Positions 26,341-64,000 of a stretch of DNA of 64,000 bases are shown piece after piece. The first letter of the stretch is position 1. Each line of letters opens with the position of its first letter. Under the pieces are notes generated by a model that saw only the letters and a list, made by a program, of their open reading frames with translations, ran no database searches and had not been told where the DNA came from. This DNA comes from Amoebidium appalachense (Eukaryota > Protista > Ichthyosporea), in the NCBI GenBank assembly GCA_963693365.1, contig CAVNZM010000004.1, positions 7,477,093 through 7,541,092 on the forward strand. Direction: 5' to 3'. The position numbers were made by a program, and so were the translations under genes.

Positions 26341-28258
26341 GTAGTTGGAATTGAAAAGGGAAAGGGAGAGGGCACTCCTCTTTTTAACTTTGTATTTCGC
26401 TTTTGTTGTTTGTTTGTTATGGTTTTTGGTTTTGTTGGCTAGTGTTGTGTATGGGTTGGCTTTGACTTTCGCCAGCCCTCGCAACCCCTCTTGTTTCCTC
26501 CCCTCTCTAACTCCTCCCGTTCTCCCCCTCCCCCCCCCCCTCCCTCCCTCCCTCCCTCCTTCCCTCCCTCCCTCCCTTTTACCGTGTTCGGGGGTTATTA
26601 TGACCTGTCTTTTTTCTGGGACCTTCCTTTTCGTCGCGTCTGTCTTTTGTCACCCCGAGAATGTAGAGGGATGAAGCCGTTTCGCTCTCCCCTTCTTTCC
26701 ACCCTTTTTTCTCCCCCCTTTTCCCCCTTGACATCAATGTGCGTTACCGTTACTACATAGTATCACATGGAAAGGTTTTAGTTTTAGTCCCCCCTTCCCG
26801 GGCTAACGTAATGGCAGTTCAGACGTAGCTGTGCATGTGTGTTGTGGGTTTCAACTGTTACCGTTTATGGCAGTGTAGATAGCCATATATGGCAAGTGAA
26901 GGCCACGAATGCGGCTTTTTCGTGCTTTTTTGTGGTATCATTCCCTTTTCTGTAGGATTTTATTTCTGTGTATGATTTACATGGTGAAGAGAGATATATG
27001 TTCCAAATTGGATAAAGGTTGAAAAACAAAGTTGCAGGTTTTTTTTTTTTTTTTTTTTTTTGGAAGAGTAGGTAGTCATAATGTAAGAACCCATCGCGGT
27101 TATTTGATTGTGGCTGTTGGCCTAGCACAGGGGTGCCTATCTGTAAATGTTATAGTACATATTTGATAGTTATCGATGAAACACCCAAAACTCCGAGAAC
27201 GACGTGTTCCGGTGAAATAAAGTATGGTTGAATACTGCTTTGATCTGCTACCCTTTGGAGGTAGCTCTCATTTTTCAAGGCCGACAAAACTTTCCTTCCG
27301 AAGCGACTGATCACGCGCCAACTCACGCCAACTCACATCCTCGCCAGAGTAGACTTGGTCATACGGCGGCTGACTCAGAGGCCACAGTCGCACGTGGCAG
27401 TGGTTTGATATAGTGACACACATTATTCAGTGCTTCCCCATATTTATACATCGGGTCACGCAAGCGGCCGGCCCCATCACTGTGACATCATACATATCAT
27501 GCGATATTTGCGCTGCAATTAACACATTTGTGATCACCCCACTGCACCCTGCATTAAACATCGACTTCCATCTCAGCACGGGTGCCACAAAGGTTGTCAC
27601 CCCTGCCAGCTTGCTTGTTGCTCCGAGTCCAGTGTAACAGCTACAGCCCCCCCCCCCCCCCCCCCCCCCCCCGAGCTGCGGCATAGGCTAATTAGTTGTG
27701 TTACCTACTTAGTGTTTGTGTGTCTTAATGCCGTATATGCGCCTGGCTATAGGTGTAGCCCTAATGTTCCGAAGGGAGCCCGTATAAAAGTGCATTAACA
27801 TATTGATCATGAAATAGTTCACATCTGCAAACCGGTTTACACCTCACTACGTCACCAAGAGAGCCTGACACAAGCCTTATACAAAACTGTTACAGCGCCA
27901 CGGACAAATTTAAACATGCATGCCAGTATCGACAAGAAACCCCCCGGCCTGCCTCCCCCCCCCCCCCCCCCTGAGGCTCTCCCCCTCCCCCCCTCCCCCC
28001 TACACACACACGTACACACTGCGCGCACACACACTCACACACACAATTTTAAAGGAAACCCCCAACCCCCAACCCCAAAACATACGTATTCACACATGAG
28101 CGCGCGCACACAATTGTCTCATGTCATTGGTTCGTCCGTATATGCATCGATGCTGCGAACACTTGTGCATCAGAGGAGGTAGTACTATTTATTGGCTTTC
28201 AGTGAAATTTTGAACACCCGTGCACGTGCATGTGTACTCGTGCGTGTGTGTGTGTGTG

Positions 28259-28346
<88 letters not shown>

Positions 28347-28939
28347 TGTGTGTGTACACATAACATAACATCTGAGTGTGTGCGTGTGTACACGGGAGCT
28401 GCCAATTCACCCAGCCTGAGGTCACTTTTTATAGAACTCTCGTAGGATCGATAGTTTATTCACCTTTTCTAGAGCTTCACGCCGTATACATACATGTACC
28501 CCCAGGGGGGAAATGGCAACGGATCGTAAATATGTTGACCGAATCTTCGAGAAGACATGACACCATGGGCCAAATGAATCAGCTTTGTAAGTAACCTACA
28601 CATGCATATACGTACAAGAGGTAGTGTGTATCAAAACCACAATCATCAATAGAAGCAACTTGTGTAGGGCCGGCCTATTAAACAGTTTCCGGTGCATGCC
28701 TTGTGCACGCGTGCATGTGTGTGTGCATGTGTGTGCATATGTGTGCATGTGTGTGTGTGTTTGTGTGTGTGTGCATATGTGTGCATGTGTGTGTGTGTGT
28801 TTTTGTGTGTGTGTGTGTGTGTCTGTGTGTGTCTGTGTGTGTGTCTAGTGCGTGTGCATGTGTGCGTGTGCGTGTGCGTTTGCGTGTGTGCGCTCACTTG
28901 CGTGTTTGTGTGTGCCCGCTTGTGTGTGTGTGTGCCCAG

Positions 28940-28978
<39 letters not shown>

Positions 28979-29215
28979 ACCTACCACCACTAAAAAAGGC
29001 ATTCAAGCCCTCCGATTTTACCATTGCGTAAAACCCAAATCATCAGCATTATACATTCATGGCCTCAAGTCACTCTTTTCAAAGAATTACAGTAGCAGAG
29101 GTTTCAATTCGGGCAGGGCAGCTCTATACAGTGTTAATTAACCATACGAGTCACTCCAAGCCCCCCAAATGGGACCCCACTACGCCTTATTTCTTACGTC
29201 CAGGCCAATGCCGAC

Positions 29216-38670
<9,455 letters not shown>

Positions 38671-38937
38671 TCTGCCGTGTGCTGGGTAGGTCCTGTTTGA
38701 CTCACGACCAACACAGTTAGTTAGAAAACAGTTGGGGACTTGTGAGCCAACAAATCACAAAACTCGGTTTTACTTGGCTATTTTGCTTGCCCTGGAATAG
38801 CAAGTAGTTCTCTCTTTTGTCCTGCTTTCCCCTCAGACACAAAACTTACCCCCCCCCCCCTCCCTCTTCCTCCCCCCACCCCCCCACACATGCACATAAA
38901 CAGGACACAGATCACGCAGAAACACACACACACAAAA

Positions 38938-38983
<46 letters not shown>

Positions 38984-39075
38984 ACACACACACACAGGCA
39001 CACACACACACGCACACACACACCACACACAGGTGCGCACACACACACAAGCATATGCACACACGCACGCACAAG

Positions 39076-39185
<110 letters not shown>

Positions 39186-39512
39186 ACAGAAGTTCACATC
39201 TCACGGGGTTGGATTGGATGAAAAACCTGGGTGGTGGTGGTGGTGGTGGTTGGGGGGGGGAGGGGGGGGGGTGGGGAGGGGGGAGAAAGAGAGGAGAGGG
39301 GTTTCAGCTTCTTAGGGCAGGAGCAAGGAGAGATGAAGAATTACCGGTTTAAATTGGTTGCAGTAAACGCGTCGACAAATAGTATGATTAGGAGAGACTT
39401 AAAGGGGAAGAGAAAGAAGGTCTCAAATGAACATACTTCAACTCAAAAATCGAACACGTCGGTTAGCAAAGACGGAAGTTTGAACTTCTAACTTTAAATT
39501 CTGGGGCATCGC

Positions 39513-39740
39513 CAAGCCCGACCATAACCCCGTTTTTACGGTAAAAAATACCCAAAAGTTTTCAAAAATACCATCAAAATTTTAGTTTATGGTAAGCCCC
39601 CGCAAGTTTCATGGTAAGTTACAGTAGGACCCCTCCTTTATCCTCCATTGACTTGGGAAGAAAAATACCATACCCCCCGGGCGAAAATACACAGGGGCTT
39701 GAAACAATACCGAGAAAAAAGGTCTGAATTTTCGGGCTTG
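39513..39740. mobile_element. Non-autonomous hAT-like MITE (228 bp)
   Basis: TIR CAAGCCCGA…TCGGGCTTG flanked by a perfect 8-bp TSD GGCATCGC (39505-39512 and 39741-39748). Confidence 0.85.
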
Positions 39741-40067
39741 GGCATCGCCATTAAGTCTTGCAAACCTGTCTTGATCGATGATTGGTTCGTTTTTTTAGCC
39801 AATACACCTCCTAGACCTCAATTTATCCGGGGGAGCTATGAAATGGGATCAAAAATCTTGAAGTTTGAAATTTTAAAAGTGGGGCAATTGCAACATGTCT
39901 GACCATGTCATTGCGTGGTACTAAAAGCGCTACTACTCTAATCAAAATAATAAGAATATCTACATATTGATGTAACATTATTAATATAGTATATGAAGAG
40001 TGAAAAACTGGCTTATATTCGTAGGTAAAATAGGTTAAAAATCATTAATTCAAAGTGCTTTGTGAAA

Positions 40068-40246
40068 CAGGCCTGGAAATTACAGTGTTTCTAACACTTA
40101 ATATACGGTTAATTCTCAAAAAATACAGTAAAGATTTGGAGGTACACTATAAGAAAGCAAGTAAATCTCTCTCTTGAGGCCAATTAGCGGGGGCGATTAG
40201 CCAGGTGTCAAAATACAGTAATTCTAAAATGTAATTTCCAGCCCTG
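40068..40246. mobile_element. Non-autonomous hAT-like MITE (179 bp)
   Basis: TIR CAGGCCTGGAAATTACA…TGTAATTTCCAGCCCTG with a perfect 8-bp TSD TTGTGAAA (40060-40067 and 40247-40254). Confidence 0.9.
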
Positions 40247-40629
40247 TTGTGAAATTGTGAATTAGAAGCCTGGTTATTTTATGATCTTGAGCCAACCTCT
40301 AGGAGGAATGCTGCCGCATACCGTTTTTTACCCTATTTAGATGCATCATCATGCATGGTTGCTTTCGATTGCTTTATGAGCTCGGTTCAGGCTGTGATCC
40401 CAGAGATCGTCGACAACACTTACATACAGCTACACACATCACTTTACAGGCTTACCACAACCTCGTTCTCATATCCTTACCAAAACCTCACTCCCTCCCC
40501 CACCACCCGTGCGCAGGGGGGCATACGTGTGTGCGTGTACGTGCGTGTATATGTGTGTTTTGTGTGTGTATGTGTGTGTGCGGGTGTGTGCGAGTGTGTG
40601 AGCGAACATGTGCACGTGTGTTGTGTGTG

Positions 40630-40664
<35 letters not shown>

Positions 40665-41477
40665 ATTAGGAGTTCGCTCCTTATATACCATCGGAGCTCA
40701 CCCCATGGGCTATCATTGTTAGAAACACCATTTCAACCAATGACTGCCCTAGAATACACTCTAAATAGTGCTTGATGAATCAAGCTAAGTATTCAATACT
40801 CGTTGGCAGATTTGCCTGTGTTCTTTATATCAGTTTGTCTCTCTATTACCTACATATATAGTAATTGAAGAGCACTAGCATTTGTATAAGACAAAACCAC
40901 CAGAGACACAGTTAGGATCAAGCCATTTTTTGCACCTTACGTGTCGCCACAACCGCAGCACGAAAACATCATCTTGGATTACTGGCGCATTCCATCCTGA
41001 CCCGAGACATGCCTCCCAACCTAGGCTTGGGCCCATAGTCATCCCAGCAGCCCATAATTGTTTAAAGCAATTTAGTATACCAAACGTCTTTGCTTTTTCG
41101 AAACATGACCCGTGGTTTCTAGCCACTGTTCTAGAAGCGATCTCCGTCCGACGGTCGAAGAGCAATTTGCTCAGATTGAGTCTACAATCTTGCACAGGCA
41201 ACGCACATTTCGCCGGGTCGGGGGAGGTTTTTAAAGAAAGGGTCGTCTTCATGCTGAAAGCGCCCAGACCTCTGCACAGAGGCATATATCTCTCCTCAAA
41301 CTGGCTAATGCTGTGAACACTAAAACACCGTAGAATTTTTTTGCAGCTGATTTGCCACTGGCACCTGAACATTTGCATGATGAACACGTAAGCACAAGAG
41401 AACCAACCGTAGGCCTAACATCTACGCTAATAATTTCTAGAAAAACCCTGTGTGGTCAATTCAGAACAAAAACCACC

Positions 41478-52273
<10,796 letters not shown>

Positions 52274-52529
52274 AGATGGAGAGATAGGGAGGGGGGCAGT
52301 GTAAGGGGGAGGGGGGGGGGGGGGGGGGGGGGGGTTATGAGGTTTCGTGTTTTGTCTTTGCATTCGGCAAAGGTTTTCTATCTATGAAAGTTCTGGGTGG
52401 TGTAAACAGAGATAGCGTCTTTCCTTTTTGTTTCTGTACTCCATTTGCCAATAAATGATTTTTTTTTTTTTTTTTTTTTGCCCCGGGTTGGTTGTGGTGG
52501 TGATAGGGTGGGTTGTTGTTGTTGTGTGT

Positions 52530-52588
<59 letters not shown>

Positions 52589-53338
52589 GGGGGCTGGGCT
52601 CTGGATGTCATGCCATATCGTGCCAAGTACTTTAACTCGTGTCAGTTGGGTTTTGCGTTTAGTTGACAGAGGGAGTAGCACCTCTAGACGGGGTAAATTT
52701 TTAATGGTGTGAGCAAGAACGAAGGATAACTTATGATTTTAATTTATAAATTTATGTTTGTCCAACGATTGGATGAAAGCCTTGAGTGATTGTCATTTTT
52801 CAAAAGGTCGAAAGCAAAGAAGAAAACGAAAAAAAGGTTATTTATAGAATGAAAAAAAAAAGTAGGGATATAGTGCCCATCAGGTCCCGGATGGTGCTTA
52901 CATGTTAGTGGAGATATATATGTTGCGGAGTACGGTGAGCCAATTTGGTTCGATGTATTTTAAAACAAGTGATTAGGCAGAATACCGGATGTTTTTTAGA
53001 AGAAACACGATGTTGAGTCGAAGCTAAGGTTGAAATTTGAGTAAAGGATAACGAATATTTCGAAAATATTTCGAAACAGTGCACATTCTAAAGATTGTCA
53101 ACGGTTTCCTCTTTCGATTGCAGATGCAGATAATAATAAGAAATGCCGAAACTTGCAATGAAAAGTGATTGCAAAAACGTGCTCTGATCAGACAAATATT
53201 ACAGTTTGGGTCATTTGCATGATTCCGTTGCCCGTGCACGTGTACATGTGTCCTGAAGTCAACATGTCTCCAAACACATGGACATGTATCATACGCAAGG
53301 TAGATGAAGTGGTGGTTTTGTGTGTGACACTGTGTGCG

Positions 53339-53375
<37 letters not shown>

Positions 53376-53598
53376 ACGTGTGTGTGTATGTATGTGTGTG
53401 TCACAGTGTGTACAGGGGAGGCCGGGGAGGGGTGATCCAGGGGAAACGCCATACTATATTGCTCGATCATACGCAAAGTACAGGAGTCTTATTGAGTTTT
53501 CAACATAACCAACCGCGGGTTATTCCGCCAAACTTCTCAAATTTTAAACACGATATCAAGCCAAAATCGGAAGGGGAGGGGAGGGGGGGGGGGGGGGG

Positions 53599-53629
<31 letters not shown>

Positions 53630-53873
53630 AGGGGGGGCTCCCAGTACGTGTCTATGCGTAGTGGTCGTTCACCAATATCAGCCAATATCAGCATGAGGTG
53701 CAAAAATCAAAACCGTCGATGTGGGATGTGGGACCTTGAGGCATCGATCAAACTGCCAAATGCCTAGGGACCCCCCTCCCCCCCCCCCCCCCCTCCCCCC
53801 CCCCTGCAAACTCTCCACCCCACCTCACCCCCCTCGATCTGTCCTCCTCCTCCTTCATATCTTTTTTTTTTTT

Positions 53874-53917
<44 letters not shown>

Positions 53918-54596
53918 GGCGGGGGATGTATTTCGAACTCACGAGTGTTTGAACCGGACGGTGGTAATTGGGACAGAGATGTTTACTTTTTTTTGCCATT
54001 CACTTCTACATCCGCATTCGGCCATTTGTCGTCATCGTGTCACTGACAGCATACGTAATAGCGACCTGCTAGATCTGTGGTTAACTTTTAAAGCAAAAAC
54101 ACCAACCATACTCAAGTCATGATCATCTCCCTAGACCTATGGGTGTAAACTACGTGGTGACCCACGGTGCAAAACCTGTGCTTCGGCCATAGCCAGCTCC
54201 ATACGCACATTTGGTGTGTGCGTGCGTGAGTGTGTCTACGTGCACGTGGACACACGTGCTTGAGTTCCAGTACATGTGCGCACGTGTAAGTGGTCGTGGT
54301 GAAAGCAATAAAAGTGGCCGGCGGGGGAGGGGGGGGATTGCAGATGCATATCAGCCTGCCTGTGTGAAATGGGTTCAGTCTACACGTGCTTGCTGCACCC
54401 TGAACACCCACACCTGATTTCAAACAGCACCACTCGTCCATGACATGCATCCAATTAGCAACCACACGGCCCCCCGGGCCCTACTCATACTTCGTGTAAG
54501 TTACATGCATTTCCGTATCATTAAAAAAAAACGAGAACCACAAAAGTTTGATTAAAGTAAAGGCATATTATCAGTCTTTTTTTTTTTCTGGGCCGA

Positions 54597-61312
<6,716 letters not shown>

Positions 61313-61922
61313 TCTTGGAGGATGATAGTGACTCTTTTTTGTGGGGAAATAGGTGGACGAATGGGTGAATAGGCGTTACCAATGATAAAGTTGTTACTTG
61401 GCTAATAGGCTAACTGCATACAATCATTTGAGATACTTGTTTGTTTGCTTTTGTGTTAACAGGGGTCACTAGCGGTGCTTTGGACAAGAAGTTGAATGTG
61501 TACTTCGTGTGCGAGTAATTTCCGCCAAACTGTTTGGCTAGCGCATGATGTGTGCCGATGTTGTGATCTTATTTGTTAATCCTTGAGCCTACAGTACCAG
61601 TCGACGTCTCAAACGCTGGTGGTGAAACTTGCACAGACTGACAGAAGTGAAGGCGAAGTTGTTTGTTTACACTTTAGGCTGGCTGAAATCATTGTGAAAT
61701 GACGTACTTAGACGGCGGCAATCTCCCTCTCGTAGTGGAAAAACATGTATTTGGAGTTTTCTCTTATAGACTATCATTTACCTGAGACCTCTGTAGCCTG
61801 GCCGTGGCACGGGTCCGAAATGTACAGAGCTACTATAATGGAACGTCCTGATATAGTGGCATATATGTGTGAAACATGCCTTTTTCGGTTCTAAAGGGGG
61901 TGGGAAGGGGGGATGGGGCTGT

Positions 61923-61953
<31 letters not shown>

Positions 61954-62042
61954 GGGGGGAAGGGGGGTTTCGAGACCACATGTCGTGTGTACTCCTGCGC
62001 ACCACCTGCTCACCTGTAAACGATACAACCTTCCCAGAACGA

Positions 62043-62086
<44 letters not shown>

Positions 62087-62538
62087 CCTGAGGCTCTCCC
62101 CCTCTCCCCGGAACCCTCCCCCCAGAACCCCGCCCGTGATCATGGTGACCACCATATGACCACGACGACCACCACTACAAAAAAAAAAAAAAAAAAAAAA
62201 GGGGGGGGGGGGGGGGGGGGGGGGGGGCTTCACGTTGCCTTTCTCGCATTCTGCCTCTCTAGCTTTCGTCCTCCTGAGATGCCAATTTATGGCCACCTGG
62301 CACAGGAGGAGGAGGAGAAGGGCAGTGGGGGGGGGGGGAAGGAAGGGGGGGAGAGGGATTAATAATGTAGTACATAACTTATGTAGTACATGTAGCAATC
62401 ATGTCCTCGGCTAGTTGGATCATAGCAAACTTTTTTCATGAAGGATGGTGAGACGTGTACACGTACTGTATATCGTAAATACTGACACTGTCAGGGCAGA
62501 GGGAGAGCCGTGGGGAAAGTCAGAAGGCAACCCCGGGT

Positions 62539-62569
<31 letters not shown>

Positions 62570-63403
62570 TGGATGGCGGGGTTGTGTAATATTTGTTCCC
62601 AGGAAGTAAAAGACACTACCAAAGCGGGGGGGGGGGGGGGGGGGGGGGGGGTTGTCGGACACAGGTGGGGGTATGTGTTATATTACACGTAGCATATCTT
62701 CATATCCATCATTCACTATCTTTCACTCAAAAGACTCTTTTTGATCAAGTTCGACAATCAACATACACAAGTGTAGCTACTATAGTAACAAGTGCTCCAG
62801 CGACTCCCCCCTCCCCTCCTTACACACGCAAGATATTATACCAGTAAAAACAAGGACTTATTAAAAAACAATCGAGTCAACGAGTAGGGTAGACCGAAAA
62901 TTAATAACACCGCAACCACGAGTTTAGCCATATTATGTTCGGTCGGTGAGCTTTCAACTTCAGAGCTACATGTTGTACACCTACTATCAACAGCAAGAAC
63001 ACGCCTTCACTATTATTGATATTTCTTGTGCAAGGGCCTTCGGCTATTCAGTATCTAATTGTGTGCGTGTGCGTGTGCGTGTGCGTGTGCGTGTGCGTGT
63101 ATGTGCGTGTGCATGTGCATGTGTGTGTGTGTGTGTGTGTGTGTGCACGCGCGTGTGTGTGTGTGTGTGTGTGGCGCCTGTGTCTGGTTACGCCTATATT
63201 AGTGTATATTAGGTCACCCTAAGCAGTTACCAGCTTTGTACCAACACACAACCAAATCTGTGTAAACACTCGACAACTTCTCCATATGCCTTTTTTCCAC
63301 TCCCCCCTCCCTCCCCCCACTCTCCCCCGAGGCTCTCTCCCCCCTCCCCCTGGCCCCGCCCGCTCCACCGTCACCAGAAAAGATACGACACTGAAAGTAG
63401 ATA

Positions 63404-63445
<42 letters not shown>

Positions 63446-63658
63446 CCTCCCCTTCTTCTTTTCGTGCAAGCCGCCCGCACAGCCCAAAAAAACAAACAAA
63501 CAAACAAAAAACCAAAAAAAAAAAAAAAAAAAAAAAAAAAGAAAGAAAGAAAAAAGAAAAAGAAGAACAAACGCCTACACATATCCATGCTGTTGACCCC
63601 CAGAGCCCTGTCCGCTAACCGCCATCGTGTGCCCCCTCCTCCTCCCTCCCTGCCTTAC

Positions 63659-64000
63659 ATTTTGCGTTGAACCCCCCTCCCTCCCGCTCATAGTGCCCCC
63701 CTCTTCGGAATCCGACGGGATACCAAACGCCTCAAAACTTAAAGTCCTGCCTACAGACATGTTCCTAACGTTATTAACAGACGTCGTTCTACTCCGCCCC
63801 ACCTGCCCGGTAACCCCCCCTGCCTCCGGGTCGGAGTTGAGTTTAGTAATCGACGCGGACGTAAGGGATTTCCTTGAAAGTGGGCTGGAGTCTTGCCTCA
63901 ACGTGTCCAACGATCCGGTCAGGAATTGCGGTTGGAAAGGGAAAATCCCGTATTTTGGGGTTCCGATTTCCGTTGAACTTCTCGCCATCGACTTTGAGTT
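63659..64000 (-). CDS. Partial exon of a gene entering from beyond the window (Ser-rich, unknown product)
   Basis: Non-repetitive open frame (…ARSSTEIGTPKYGIFPFQPQ…GGSTQN) ending at a GTAAGG donor near 63658. A possible downstream exon lies at ~62297-62235. Confidence 0.55.

Noticed and set aside
40875-41387. Overlapping 144-aa (+) and 170-aa (-) ORFs upstream of the S41 gene
   Set aside because: No recognisable motif and no splice linkage; possibly a decayed TE fragment or UTR.
61700-62300. Possible further minus-strand exons of the edge gene
   Set aside because: Several AG/GT-bounded islands exist, but no unique phase-consistent model or motif could be fixed by eye.
62886-63221. TAGGGTAGACC…GGTCACCCTA hAT-like termini
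   Set aside because: Imperfect TIR and no matching target-site duplication.

Overview
Eukaryotic, intron-rich genomic DNA. The gene content would fit a unicellular opisthokont or similar protist, but that is inference only. Introns are packed with poly-C/poly-G runs and (CA)n/(GT)n/(GA)n microsatellites, so almost all long ORFs in the supplied track are artefacts. Splicing by eye gives six complete genes: an unknown protein (+), a cytochrome P450 (-) head-to-head with an ALDH22/MSC7-type aldehyde dehydrogenase (+), dolichyldiphosphatase DOLPP1 (-) with an intronic tRNA-Ser(GCT), a secreted S41-family peptidase (+) and a START-domain protein (-). A seventh gene runs off the right edge. Non-coding highlights: (1) a dispersed repeat family anchored on poly-C tracts with permuted hammerhead-ribozyme-like cores, possibly Penelope-like or retrozyme relics; (2) recurrent duplications of exon/intron junctions into introns, including a 6x80-bp array of the acceptor plus catalytic-Cys codon of the ALDH; (3) a minisatellite seeded by a tRNA B-box; (4) MITEs with clean TSDs; (5) (CA)n-AG acceptors with complementary (GT)n/poly-G intron 5' halves.
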